A stretch of 64,000 nt of DNA from an uncultured Chthonomonadaceae bacterium (GTDB taxonomy: Bacteria > Armatimonadota > Chthonomonadetes > Chthonomonadales > Chthonomonadaceae): NCBI GenBank assembly GCA_963835065.1, contig CAWIEK010000054.1:1-64000 (forward strand), given 5' to 3'. Below, piece by piece: positions 10,498 to 21,898 of the stretch (within the stretch, counting starts at the first letter, position 1; every line of letters begins with the position of its first letter). The notes under the pieces were generated by a model. The model made no database searches. It saw only the letters and a list, made by a program, of their open reading frames with translations, and was not told where the DNA came from. Both the position numbers and the translations under genes were made by a program.

Positions 10498-11284
10498 ATG
10501 CGTGCTGTAATGTCAGGTTGGCTTACTTGTGCCTTGCTTTGCACATTTCCCGTTATTGCCCACACTGCGCCTCGCGGCCAAAATCCTGCCCACTCTACAC
10601 CTCACGTAACCACGCCTGTAAGTTCTGACGCTCAATCTTGCCGAGTTTTTCCCGGTTGGCCGTATCCGCATAGATTTGATGCAGGCGGTTCCCTCGCCGC
10701 GCCTGGCCGAACTGAGCCGTAAAATGCAGCAGGGGATACGCAAAAACGCCCAATGGTTCATGGGAGAAATGCGCAAGATCAAACCCGGCCAGAACATTCC
10801 CTACGATCCGAAACTGAATTTGACTCAGGAGGAATACAACCAACTGAATCACCCGATCCCCTTGATGCAGTTGCGCAAGCGGGGCAGCGGCAGCATCTTT
10901 GTAAAAGCGGTGGGAACGAAGCGGCTGTTGACAGGCGAAAAAACGCTGCGCGGTCTTGGGACGCTGGAGATTGACGTGCTAAAACGAACGGTGCGGACGC
11001 CGTATGGCGTTCTGAATAAAATGACGCCTGTAACCGCCAACGCCGGCCAGTTGGCAGGTGAACCCTGGAACGGGGCAATGTGGAAACTGGACACAATGAA
11101 TCATAAGGACCAGCCTGGCTTGGCGACAGGAACGGAGGTTGAATTCGCGGTCGGCAAACTCCAGAAGTCGGGACGCATCCAACTCAGCTACAAGGCACAG
11201 CAGTTCAGCGCAGGCAAACTGCCCGCCAGCCTTGAATTTCTGCTGCAATACGATCCCCCCATGCGACGAACCGGCAGGCATTAG
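10498..11284 (+). CDS. Secreted hypothetical protein, tandem paralog, frameshifted near 10620
   Basis: Signal peptide in one frame; the homologous body (LNLAEFFPVGRIRIDLMQAVPSPRL) continues in another. Confidence 0.65.
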
Positions 11285-11386
11285 GAAGCACGGCGTAAGG
11301 GAACTTTGCCCGCTTCTCCCGCATACTCATAGAGGAGTATGCAATAGTCGGCAGTGATATGTCGGTAGGAAAGTGGGAGCGTAACA

Positions 11387-12343
11387 ATGAGGGTTTTTGT
11401 GGCGGGCGCGACGGGCGTATTGGGACGGGCGTTGCTGCCTGCTTTGGCGGCTTTGGGGCATGAGGTTTACGGCACGGGACGGACGCCCGAAAAGGTGCTG
11501 GCGGTAGCGCAGATGGGCGCGAAACCCGTCCGCGCTGATGTGCTGGATGCCGACCGTATTGCCCGCGCCCTCGGCGAAGTTCAGCCCGAAGCGATTGTCA
11601 ATCTTGCCACCTCCATACCGCTCAAATTGCGCGTCAGCCTGGAGCATTGGAAGGAAAATGACCGCGTTCGCGTTGAAGGAACCCGAAATCTGCTTGCAGC
11701 CGCGAAGAACAGCAATCTGCGCTTGTTTGTACAGGAAAGTGTAGACCAGGTTTGCGAAACGCAGGGGGATGGCTGGATCACGGAAGAGTCGCCGCGCAGT
11801 TCCCACGCTTTTCTCCACGCCACGCAGGATATGGAAGACCGGGTACGCGCTTCCGGCCTGCCCGCCACCCTCCTGCGCTTTTCCGTGCTGATGGCTGCCG
11901 ACTCGTGGCACACGCAGCAAAGCATTACCGCCCTAAAGCGCGGCATGCTGCCCGTGATTGGAGATGGAAGCGCGTTTGTCAGCATGGTTCACGTTGCGGA
12001 CGCGGTTCAGGCCATTCTTCTTTCCCTGCAAAAACCCGAACTGGCTGTAGGGCAAACCTTCAACGTCGTGGATAGCGAACCCGCCCGGATGCGCGACATT
12101 CTCCCTTATGCCGCTCAACTCCTCCACGCTTCCCCGCCCCGTACCGTGCCGCCCCTGATGGCAAAAATGGTAGTCGGCGCATTGACCATTGACGTGCTGA
12201 CCCAATCCCACCGCATGAGCAGCGCCAAGATCCGCCAGACGCTCGGCTTCGCGCCTCAATACCCGACGTACCGCGAATCGTGGGCGCAGATCGTCCACGA
12301 CATCGGCGGACGCGACTTCGCCGCATCCGAGGACTTAAAATAA
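11387..12343 (+). CDS. NAD-dependent epimerase/dehydratase family protein
   Basis: VFVAGATGVLG Rossmann motif; HVADA..A motif. Confidence 0.88.
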   Translation: MRVFVAGATGVLGRALLPALAALGHEVYGTGRTPEKVLAVAQMGAKPVRADVLDADRIARALGEVQPEAIVNLATSIPLKLRVSLEHWKENDRVRVEGTRNLLAAAKNSNLRLFVQESVDQVCETQGDGWITEESPRSSHAFLHATQDMEDRVRASGLPATLLRFSVLMAADSWHTQQSITALKRGMLPVIGDGSAFVSMVHVADAVQAILLSLQKPELAVGQTFNVVDSEPARMRDILPYAAQLLHASPPRTVPPLMAKMVVGALTIDVLTQSHRMSSAKIRQTLGFAPQYPTYRESWAQIVHDIGGRDFAASEDLK

Positions 12344-12388
12344 GAGCCTACCCTAATATGCGTTACGCCGAGATAAGGACGCAGAGCC

Positions 12389-13267
12389 ATGATAGAAGAA
12401 CCCGACGATGTTGCCGTTCCAGAAGATGAGGAAAGCGCGTTTGTTCCACTTCCCGACGTGCCGAAAAACATTCCTCAAGACGAACGCTATTTGCTGTTGC
12501 TTACCAACGCTCTGGCTGTTTGCGAACAGTACAAACCTAAGTTCGGTAAAGGCCGCGCAGGTTTGGAAGTGGATGAATTTCAACGGCTCTATGGAGCAGA
12601 CCCTTTTTACAAGTGGATGGGAGTTGATTCGCCACTTATGTATGCGGCGCATAAAGCCGCAGGCGGTATGACTTCTATTTACAGGCAATTGGGAATTGGC
12701 GTACAATGGATTCTCAACGAGGTCATTCAGGACTATATGGGTTTGACGAAAGAAGACGCGAACTGGACATATCAAGTGCCATCCTCCCGCCCTGGAATAG
12801 CGCGAAGCCTGTCGCTTGATGCGCGAATTGAAGTAAACAAAATTCAGAATGAGCAAGCCAAACGGCGTTTTGAGGTGTGGATGAACCGGGCATTAGACCA
12901 GTTGCTATTGCCGAAAAAGTCTCGTCAAACAATAACAGGCGCTGTCTTTGAAGCGCGTCAAGGTTATAAAAGCCAAGACTCAAAACGTCAAAACGGGGAT
13001 ATTGCCAATGCGTCAAACGCTTATGTACATTCTTATATACCCGTTTTGCTGGTCTTCTCGAATCAACTGCCTAATGTTCTTGCCGAACGCTATGCAGGAG
13101 CGCAATGGCTCATTTTGCGAGGTACGCTTGACGGATCAACGCTAAACAGCACCTACGTCTTCTGCAGAGATGTAGTTGGTTATGACCTGGCCGAATTTTT
13201 CCAGAAACACTCCAACCAAATTCAAACAAGTATGGAAAAGATTCTCAAAGCCTTGCTCAATCCCTAG
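12389..13267 (+). CDS. Putative type II restriction endonuclease
   Basis: LDARI...FEARQGYKS PD-(D/E)xK-like core; lower GC; directly upstream of a DNA methyltransferase. Confidence 0.65.
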   Translation: MIEEPDDVAVPEDEESAFVPLPDVPKNIPQDERYLLLLTNALAVCEQYKPKFGKGRAGLEVDEFQRLYGADPFYKWMGVDSPLMYAAHKAAGGMTSIYRQLGIGVQWILNEVIQDYMGLTKEDANWTYQVPSSRPGIARSLSLDARIEVNKIQNEQAKRRFEVWMNRALDQLLLPKKSRQTITGAVFEARQGYKSQDSKRQNGDIANASNAYVHSYIPVLLVFSNQLPNVLAERYAGAQWLILRGTLDGSTLNSTYVFCRDVVGYDLAEFFQKHSNQIQTSMEKILKALLNP

Positions 13268-13275
13268 AATAACCT

Positions 13276-14514
13276 ATGAAAAACACGCCGCAACTTGGTC
13301 TATTTGAGCATTTGACGCACAAAGGCAACCTGAAACAAACGCGCTACGGGTGGCTGCGCCTTACGCCTGCGCATTCTGTTCATCTGGTTTCAGAATTACT
13401 TGAAGCGCATCAAGAACCCAATCTCAGGGTACTTGATCCATTTTGCGGGACGGGTACAACGGCTCTAGCCTGCGCTCAGAAAGGCATTGAAAGCGCGACA
13501 ACGGACATCAACCCTTTTCTCATCTGGCTAACCCGCGCAAAAACACACGCTTACACGAGTGACGACGTAGCCACCTTTCAGAAGGCCGCTGCTCACATTA
13601 GTGTCATCATCGCCCGAGAGGAAACGAAAACCGACTGGCAACCGCCCCTGCACCAGATCGAAAAGTGGTGGGAGGAGCCAACGCTCCAAGCTTTAAGTCG
13701 TATCCTATGCGCGATTACCGGCATGGAAAAAATCCTGCCTCCGGCAGTGACGGACTTGCTCAAAATTACATTCTGCCGCGCCATGATCGAGCAAGCTAAT
13801 GTTAGTTTCGGGCATCAGTCTATGTCCTTCAAGAAGCAGACGCAAATGGCTCTTCCTTATTGTTCGCTGGAACATGGAACGATCCTCAATTGGGAGCAGG
13901 CTATCCCCGGAATTGCTGGAGCCGCTTGTTTAGAAATACGAACACAGCCGAATGTTCTTTTGTGCGACGCGAGAAATCTGACCACAGCGCTTCCGCGTGA
14001 CTGCTTTTCCTGCGTAATTACCTCGCCTCCTTATCCTAACCGGATGAGTTACATCCGCGAACTGCGTCCTTATATGTACTGGCTCGGCTATCTGACGAAC
14101 GGACGTGACGCAGGCAAACTGGATTGGCAGGCGATAGGAGGAACGTGGGGCTGCGCAACAAGCAACGTCGGAAAGTGGGAACCCAAAGAAAGCAGGGAGA
14201 TACCTTACGCGGATTTCAACGAGATACTTCAGCGTATCGCGGAGAAGAGCTTACTTTTGTCCCGCTATGTTCATAAATACTTTTTTGATATGGCTGAACA
14301 CGTGAAGGAGCTATTTGCCGTCGTAAAACCGGGCGGCCATATTCACTACATTGTGGGGAACTCCAAGTTTTACGATGTGATGCTTCCCGTAGAAAGTATT
14401 TTTGCCGCGTTGTTTGCTTCTGTCGGTTTTGACAACGTTACCATTCGTACCATCCGCAAGCGAACATCAAAGAAGGAATTGTTTGAATTTGTCGTGTCGG
14501 CTCAAAAACCGTAA
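13276..14514 (+). CDS. Amino-DNA methyltransferase (probably N4-cytosine, alpha motif order)
   Basis: Motif I DPFCGTGTT near the N-terminus; motif IV TSPPY downstream. Confidence 0.85.
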   Translation: MKNTPQLGLFEHLTHKGNLKQTRYGWLRLTPAHSVHLVSELLEAHQEPNLRVLDPFCGTGTTALACAQKGIESATTDINPFLIWLTRAKTHAYTSDDVATFQKAAAHISVIIAREETKTDWQPPLHQIEKWWEEPTLQALSRILCAITGMEKILPPAVTDLLKITFCRAMIEQANVSFGHQSMSFKKQTQMALPYCSLEHGTILNWEQAIPGIAGAACLEIRTQPNVLLCDARNLTTALPRDCFSCVITSPPYPNRMSYIRELRPYMYWLGYLTNGRDAGKLDWQAIGGTWGCATSNVGKWEPKESREIPYADFNEILQRIAEKSLLLSRYVHKYFFDMAEHVKELFAVVKPGGHIHYIVGNSKFYDVMLPVESIFAALFASVGFDNVTIRTIRKRTSKKELFEFVVSAQKP

Positions 14515-14567
14515 TCCAAAGCTGTTCTGATGACAGCAAACCGACAGCCAGCCTCAGTAGAAAAAGC

Positions 14568-17376
14568 TCATTTCACAGGGCGCATAAGCGTTATGCGGAC
14601 GGGACCGAGCAGGCCGGAGGGACGAATGGGCCAGTCGGAAGCGTCGAAGGGCTTGTAATTGATGTTGACGAAGTTGATTTCGTGGAAAATCTTCCACGCC
14701 ACTTTGCGCCGATCCAAATCGCGGACACGGTTGGCCGCAACGTTGGTGACGTCAATTTCCAGAACATTTCCCGTCGGCTTCAGCGCGGAAACCGTCACCT
14801 GAAATGGAGGCGCGAACAGGGTTCCGAGTTCCTGTCCGTTCAGGCGGACATGCGCTGATTCGCGTACATCGCCCAGATCGAGCGTCCATGATTCGCCCGC
14901 GCGGGTTTGCGTATGAGGCGCGTTAAAGGTGAGGGTGTAACGAGCCGTGCCGCCAAATCGCTGCGTTTCCGGGTCGCCGTTTGCTGTCCATGAGCCGAGC
15001 GCGGGTGTGGTGAACGCAGACGGCAAAATCGGCCCGCCGGTAAGAAACCGTACCTGCCATGTTCCGGCCAGCGCAATCGGTTCGCCTGCCGCTTGCAGGT
15101 ACGGCCATGCCGGGTTTGTTGGGGCGCGATTCGTTAAGGCGTAATTCGTCAGGGCGCGAACGATCAGCGACGCTCCCGGCGCAATTTGAAGATAGACTTG
15201 CGTTTGCCCTCCTTGTCCCTGCCGCGTTTTCGCCGTTCCCGTTTGCCCGGTCATGGGGTCCATCAGCACAATGGAGCGGGCGGGAACGGCAAGCGTCACC
15301 CATCCATCCAGCGCTTTCTCCCCTTGATTGACCACAAAGTAATGATGCCCCAACTCGTAACTGCGCCGGACAAACATCAGCCCCGCATTGTCCGCCATTG
15401 ACTCGCGGCGAACCTGCGCCTGCGCCAGCAGTGTTTTTACATCCTGCCCGACCAGAATACGCCCCTTGCCAAGTCGCGCCAAACGAAAACTGTTTGCGCC
15501 TGCCACTTGCGAGTTCCCCGCTCCCTGAGACTGCGCTGTTTGTTGGGATTGCCCTGCTTGCTGAAATATGAGCGTGGACAGCAGCGCGTGAAATAGGGCG
15601 CGGCGATGTTCCAGATCGCCCATTCCCGGCACGTCCTGCGGCAATTCATTCTGGAATAGGATTGTTGCGCCATTGCGGGCAAGCGCGAAAAGGGTTTGCA
15701 ATGTCGGCAGGGGCATGAACTTGCACGGCGGCACGAGAACAGTTTTGTACGTTCCTCCGGGCAGATGAATGGCGCTTGCGTCTGCCGTCGCCTGCCCCAG
15801 TTGCCGATCCGAAACGTAATCGTAAGTATAGCCCGCATCCCATAATTGCTGCGCCGTGTCGCCAACGGGTTCGCTTTCCAGCCATTTGCCTTCGATGGTC
15901 AGGCCGAAAACCTGCGGATGCCGTTGCCATAAATCGTGCAGGGGCCAGTACAGCAGCACGTCGTTGTCCGGCTTGCCGGCTTGCAGGACGGATTGGCAGC
16001 GCGTGATGTAGGCGTTGAGAGCGGGGAAATCGCGCCACGTCGGGTTGTTCGGCTCGAAGTGCGTGGACGCATAAAACAGCCAGCCGGGCCAGGCCGCGTC
16101 ATGCGGGCGAGTACGCCGTGCCGTGATAAAAAACGTGGTTGATGCCCGCCACAAGCAGGCGATCCAGAATGTGTTTGGAATCGGATAGGGTTTCGGTAAA
16201 ATGCTCGCTTTGCCACGTGCAGCTTTCCGAGGAGGCGAGCGGCCTGCCCATGACATGCGCGGCGGAACTGGCGAATTTGCTGACGCGAATATCGCCCTTG
16301 CTGCGGAACACTTCGGTTTCGGGAATATCTACCGCGCCGTACAAATCGAGCAGGTTGCCGGGAGAGCCGTGCGCCTGATTGCGGCTCAAACTGCCCTGCC
16401 TGTGCGCCCAATCCGACCACGTGTGCGTGAAGTTTTGCAGGAGCAAATCGGAAACGGTTTCGCGGTAATCGGTCAGGACGCGGGCGTTGGCATCGGGCGT
16501 ATCGTGTCCCATAAACGCGGGCAGATAATCGCGCAGGTCGTAGCCCCGACGCTTGGCGAACTCGTCCAAAAGCGCGGGCGTCCAATTGGCCTGATACTCA
16601 AAGGAGTCGTGGAAGTGGCAGCGCAATGCGCCTTTGGGCAGGGCTGTTAATGCCGTATCGAAACGCGCCAGATAGCGCGTCAGGGACGTGGCGGAAAACG
16701 GATCAATGCACAGTCCCGCGCCGCCCGGAGCCGCCCGCTTCACCTTCATCCCCGAACCCCGCGCGCCGACAAAATACAGCGTCCACTCGCCGCCCGCAGG
16801 AGCCATCCAGTTTACATTGCCGCCCGCGTCCAGTTTGTCCAGCAGGGAAACGGACTGCCCCGCTTTGGAAACCGCCACAAGCGCCTGCGGCTGTACGCCT
16901 CCGATACGTAACGTTGCGGTTTTGCCACTTGCGACAACTTCGGTTTGCGTAACCAGCTTGTCCAGCGCGTCACTCGCCGTCACCTGCGGCCCGCCGAACG
17001 GCCAGCCGGTTCCTGTCGGCATATCCACGCCCATATCCAGCCGGTTCGCTTCGGAAAGGGTGTGGTTGAGCGCGTCCAGCCATGCGGGTGACAGGTAGGG
17101 CAGTTCCCGCGCCTCCTGCCCCGTGACGCCGTAAATGGGCGTGATTTCCACGCCGCCCAACCCGGCCTGATGGTACGTTTCCAGCAGGCGCGTAAGATTG
17201 GGCTTGTCCACCGCGCTGCCAAGCCACCACCAGCGCGTCCACGGCTTTGTCTGCCGCGTTACCGGGGGCCACTGCAGCGCGGCATCCGTTCGTTCCCCGG
17301 AAGTTTGCGCGGTTGCCAGAACCGAAAGCAGGGCAAGCATATAAACGATCAGGGCTGAACTCAAAATGTTCCTCAC
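14568..17376 (-). CDS. Secreted glycoside hydrolase, GH106/alpha-L-rhamnosidase-like, frameshifted near 16100
   Basis: KPWTRWWWLG, GLGGVEI, WPFGGP, DSFE motifs; HGTAYSP|DAAWPGWLFYAS split by one extra base; C-terminal SGLLGPV. Confidence 0.8.
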
Positions 17377-17843
17377 GGTTTCAAATCATCCAATACAAGA
17401 ACGCGCAACTCTGTAACGTGGCGCAATCCTTTGTCTCCTGTGAGAAACGTTTCACATCCGGCAGCAAGCGCGATGGCAATTTGCAGAGCATCGGGAGTTC
17501 GTAAGCCATAGCGGGCGCGTAAATCAGCAGCATCCGATGCAATGCTGCTGTCAACAGGCAAAGCGACGATGCCTGTTGTGGACAGCAGGAGAGAGCGATA
17601 GGTACTCTCCAGCACAACGTCCCCGTTACGCAAGGGAAGCGGCAGGGTTTCCGTGAGGGTGAGCAGGGATGTCCATCCGGTTACTTGACCCGCTTGAATC
17701 TTCTCAAAGACAACTTTGCAAGTCGCAAAGTAAGCGGCGTTTGCTTCCACAAAGTAGATAAACGGCGCAGTGTCAATACCCAATCGGGTTACATTGCTCA
17801 ACGCATTGACAACAGGGATTTGCGGCGGCGTTACTTCTGCCAT
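17373..17843 (-). CDS. vapC: PIN-domain (VapC) toxin
   Basis: IDTAPFIY, TE, LRTPDALQIA.A, FLTGD acidic PIN residues. Confidence 0.88.
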   Translation of the reverse strand: MAEVTPPQIPVVNALSNVTRLGIDTAPFIYFVEANAAYFATCKVVFEKIQAGQVTGWTSLLTLTETLPLPLRNGDVVLESTYRSLLLSTTGIVALPVDSSIASDAADLRARYGLRTPDALQIAIALAAGCETFLTGDKGLRHVTELRVLVLDDLKP

Positions 17844-18109
17844 GTTTGTTCGCGCTCACTCCACTCATCGCGTAATTCATTGACATACGCCTGCGCGTCT
17901 TTTTCTCCCAACGCGCCCGGCCGTCTTGCGCCTGCCCCTGCAAATTCCATGACCGTATGGCGGTTTTCAGTGGATTTTACAGACGCCTTCAGGCTCTGCC
18001 GCAAAAGTTCTGCCGCAAGTACGCTGACATTCTGGCCGCGTCGTTGCGCCTCCTCATTCAATTCTCGTGTAATCTCATCATCGAGCAGCAGTGTCATTTT
18101 GTTTTCCAA
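17831..18109 (-). CDS. VapB-like antitoxin
   Basis: RHH-like N-terminus; DAQAYVNELRDEW C-terminus; overlaps vapC. Confidence 0.75.
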   Translation of the reverse strand: MENKMTLLLDDEITRELNEEAQRRGQNVSVLAAELLRQSLKASVKSTENRHTVMEFAGAGARRPGALGEKDAQAYVNELRDEWSEREQTWQK

Positions 18110-18268
18110 GCCTTGTTAAGCATATACATAGAGTCGCCTCATGCCCGCAGTTCTCTACGCGAATATTATACCTTGTACAAACCGTTACCGCCCCGCGCTT
18201 TGCCAGAACAAGGCGGCCTTCCCATTCGTCCTTTGCCTGAAACTTGTGAGAAGGAAAAGAAAACAAGG

Positions 18269-18952
18269 ATGCTGCGCACGGTTGTCAAAGTTGCCGGGGC
18301 TACGCTGGCGTTTTGCGTGGTCCATTCGCTGTTTGCGGATGCGAGAGTGAAGAACGTCGTGCAGCGCCGGACGGGAACGCGCAATCGCAACGGTTTGTAC
18401 CGCGCGTTTTATTCGGGGCAGTCTATGTTGTCGCTCGCCGCCTTGATTGCTTACGGACGCAGGCAGCCCAACACGACACTATACGAAGTGCGCGGACGCG
18501 CGGCATGGCTGATGCGGGCGGGACAATTGCTCAGCCTGTTGGCGCAGGCGCACACGACCTATCAAGTCGGCTTCGGACGATTTTCAGGGCTGACAAATTT
18601 ATGGGCGTGGCTGCGCGGCAAACGCGCGATAGAACCTGAACCCGAAGGGCAGGGACCCACACAGAACGAAAATGGCGACATGCAGGCGAGCGGTTTGTTT
18701 CAGATCAGCCGCAACGCCCCGAATATGCTGCCTTTGCCTCTGCTGTGGCTGCAGCCGCGCATGACCGCGCGCTGGCTGGGGTTCAGCCTTGTGGCGAGCC
18801 TGTATTTCTACCTCGGGTCGTACCGAACAGCCGCCCGTATGCGAACCCGCTACGGACGCGCGTATCAGGATTACGAGCGCAGTGGAACCGGGTTTTACCT
18901 GCCGCGCCTGCCCGATGAAAAACTGCCCCATAAGAAAGATGATAAGGAATAG
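18269..18952 (+). CDS. NnrU/isoprenylcysteine methyltransferase-like membrane protein
   Basis: HSLFA, YRAFY, GLFQISR.P and YG.AY..Y motifs. Confidence 0.6.
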   Translation: MLRTVVKVAGATLAFCVVHSLFADARVKNVVQRRTGTRNRNGLYRAFYSGQSMLSLAALIAYGRRQPNTTLYEVRGRAAWLMRAGQLLSLLAQAHTTYQVGFGRFSGLTNLWAWLRGKRAIEPEPEGQGPTQNENGDMQASGLFQISRNAPNMLPLPLLWLQPRMTARWLGFSLVASLYFYLGSYRTAARMRTRYGRAYQDYERSGTGFYLPRLPDEKLPHKKDDKE

Positions 18953-18954
18953 AA

Positions 18955-19365
18955 ATGCAAAACGATGCGCTGTTAAAGCAGCTTCAGCAGGAAACCAAAG
19001 GACTGCGTTACACCAGCGAGTCCGACGCGCCCATTCAGCCGTTCGTCTGGCCGAAAGCGGATGTCGGCGCGGCGGAACTGACGCCCGACACAGTACAAAA
19101 GTACAAACATCTGCCGTCCGGCCAGAAGGCGCAGGAAGTGAAATTCGCCGACTTCTTCCAGCCCCTGACTGAATCGCAATCCTGGTACGGCCCGGAAGAA
19201 AAAGCCACCATGCAGGCGTTTCAAACACTGGTCAACACTCTGCAATCCAATCTGACCGATCTAAAAGTTTTCCAATTCGGCGACGCGAAGAAGGAAGTGT
19301 ACATTGTCGGTAAAACCGCTTCCGGCGACTACGCGGGCGTTCACACGCAGGCGGTAGAGACTTGA
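18955..19365 (+). CDS. Nuclease A inhibitor (NuiA) family protein
   Basis: GL.Y.SESDAP, FF..L...W, VYIVG and C-terminal VET. Confidence 0.85.
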   Translation: MQNDALLKQLQQETKGLRYTSESDAPIQPFVWPKADVGAAELTPDTVQKYKHLPSGQKAQEVKFADFFQPLTESQSWYGPEEKATMQAFQTLVNTLQSNLTDLKVFQFGDAKKEVYIVGKTASGDYAGVHTQAVET

Positions 19366-19392
19366 TGACAGGGAAAGAGCGCGAATAAAATC

Positions 19393-19535
19393 AGCCGCAA
19401 ATACACGCGAATACACGCAAATAATACTGTTTTGTCCGTTCGCCAGCACACGCGACAAAAATGGCTAAATGTAAGCCATACCGTTAACGAATGCATCGGC
19501 CCTTCATTTGCGTGTATTCGCGTGTATTTGCGGCT
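19393..19535. repeat. 30-bp inverted repeat element (CCGCAAATACACGCGAATACACGCAAAT family)
   Basis: Arms 19393-19422 and 19506-19535 between convergent genes; a lone arm recurs at 39310-39339. Confidence 0.85.
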
Positions 19536-19538
19536 AAA

Positions 19539-21700
19539 TCAGAATCTGTGCGCTACTTTATGGTATTGTTCGGCGCGCGGAACAGAGGGCAGGCCACTGC
19601 TTTCTACCTGCATTTTGTAAACGATGCCTTTTTGGGCTTCCGTGACGTACAGGGTTTTCAGGTCTTTGCCGCCGAATTCGAGGTTGGTCACGTCCGTGCC
19701 GGGGAGTTTTACGGTTCGCGCGATTTTGCCTGTTTTGTCTATAATCGTCACCAGTCCCGGCCCCACGGTTGCCACATACAGATTTCCCGCCTGATCGAAG
19801 TTGATGCCGTCCGGGATATGCTTGTCCGGCAGTTGGCAGAACAGCATAGGCGTGTCAAGGGAGCCATCGGGCTTTACCGTTGCTTTCAGGATGCGGCAAT
19901 GGGAGGATTCAGCAAGGTACAGAGTTTTGCCGTCCGCGGAAAAGGCCAGCCCGTTGGGAAAAGCCAGATGCTCGACCACACGAGTCACTTTGCGCGTACC
20001 CCGCGCAATGCGGTACACGCAGCCAATAGGGTGTTCCGCGTCGGAACCAGCGGGGTCGGTGAAGTACAGATTGCCTTCCGGGTCAAAAGCCAGATCGTTG
20101 GGGCCTTTGAAACCCATATCGTCGCATTTGTCAGCGACAATTTCGGTTCGCCCATCCGGGAAAATCTGCAAAATGGCTTTGCGCCCGAAGTCGCAGGCGT
20201 ACAAACAGCCGTCCTCGTGGAACGTCAGGCCGTTGGTTTTCTCAAACGTAAATTTGTTCGGGTCGGCTTTGAACTGAATGGCGCGGCCTTCGGCGCTTAC
20301 CTTGTCAATATGGTCGGAATTGCAGTTGGAGACGGCAAGATTGCCTTTGCCGTCATACGCCGGGCCTTCCGGGAACGCGAACCCTTCCGCCGCAACGACG
20401 GGAATATACAAGTTGTCGGCGGATTTCTGCGGTTCGGGCGCAGCGGCATGGGGATTGACTGCGGCAATCGTATTCAGGGCAGAGGGGCGTACAACAGAGC
20501 GCGCGGAGTGCACAGGCGCGGCCTGAGAGTGTGGAGAGGCGGTGCGTAGAGAATCGGCAGTACGTACAGAGCCGGTACGTGTAGAATCGGGACGCGCGGC
20601 ATCAGGGCGCGTTGAGAAGGTGTGTTCCAGCGTACCATCCGAGGCCCGCCATACTAAAATCTGCCCGTCATAAGTACCCACAATTACATGCTGATTATCG
20701 GATGTAAAGCACACGGCGTAAATCCAGTCCTTTGCGCCGCGCAGTTCGCGCAGCCAGCCGCCACCCGCGCCGCTCCACAAATTGACCACGCCTTCCGCCC
20801 CGCCTGTCGCAATCATCAGGCCGTCCGCGCTGAACACGGCGGCATGAACGGCTTTGGCGTGTCCCGTCAAGCGTCGAAATTCCCGCGTATTCTCGGCGTT
20901 ATCTGCCCACTGTCCACAATTTGGCAAGGTGGTCGCCGCCCGCCGACAGCAGCAATTTGCCGTCCGGGCTGAAAGCGAGGGAATACGCCGTATCGTTGTG
21001 CGCGCGTCCCGTAAACGTGAACAGAGGCTTTCCCGTTCGCTGCGTCCCAAATTTTGATGCTTCTGTCCACGCCCGTCGAAGCGATCTGCCTGCCATCGGG
21101 ACTGCAAGCCACGCCGTACACGCTGTCGGCATGGTCTTTCAAAACATGCAGCGACACGCCCGAACGCCAGTTCCACAGCCGCAGGGTCTTGTCGCCGCTC
21201 GCTGTGACGAGCCGATTCCCGTCCGGCGTAAAGGCCAGTGCGTATACCAGATCGGTATGCCCGGTCAGCAATGCAATCTGCCGCCCCGAAGCCAGGTCAA
21301 ACAAGCGCGTTTCACCGCGAACGGTTGCCACGCCTCCACCCGCCGCCAGAATTCGGCCATCGGGCGAAAACGCGAGGCAATTCACATTTTCCGGCATCCC
21401 CGACAGAACGCCAATTCTGCGCCCCACTGCCACATTCCACAACTGCACCTGCCGGTACGTGCCGACAGCCATGATTTGACTGTTGGGCGTACAGGCAAGC
21501 GCGGTCACAGGCGGCGCAACCGCAGGCAGCACCGCGCCTGCCTCCGCAACCATTGTTTTGGAAGCGGATTCAGACGACGCTTTTGTAACGGCGCGATGAT
21601 TGGATTTAGATTGTGGCTCGGCAACGCTCCTGCTTTGTTTGACAGTCGCAGCCCTAGTCAAGGGCGCAATTAGCAGTGCCGCGCTAAACAAGAAGAACAT
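19539..21700 (-). CDS. WD40-repeat plus SMP-30/gluconolactonase fusion, two frameshifts (~21030, ~20905)
   Basis: Signal peptide; GH..WD repeats over three frames; then FPEGP, GPNDL, FPNGLAFS, PDG, TNL.FGG. Confidence 0.75.
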
Positions 21701-21743
21701 TTTAGCATCCGATTTTATGCGCGGAAATGGCAGAGGCGCAAGA

Positions 21744-21880
21744 GGCGCGACGGGCTGAACCCCTTCGCTGTAGGGCGTTCCGCCCACTGTCCTTCGGACA
21801 GAGATTTTCGTTGCTGAATGTCGTGTCCGAAGGACACTGAGCCGCAGGCTATACAGCGAAGGGGTTCAGCCCGTCGCGCC
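21744..21880. repeat. REP/REPIN-like element
   Basis: Perfect 29-bp IR (21744-21772 / 21852-21880) enclosing TGTCCTTCGGACA and its reverse complement; degenerate arm at 5093-5118. Confidence 0.85.
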
Positions 21881-21898
21881 CCAGACCAGAACGCTTCC

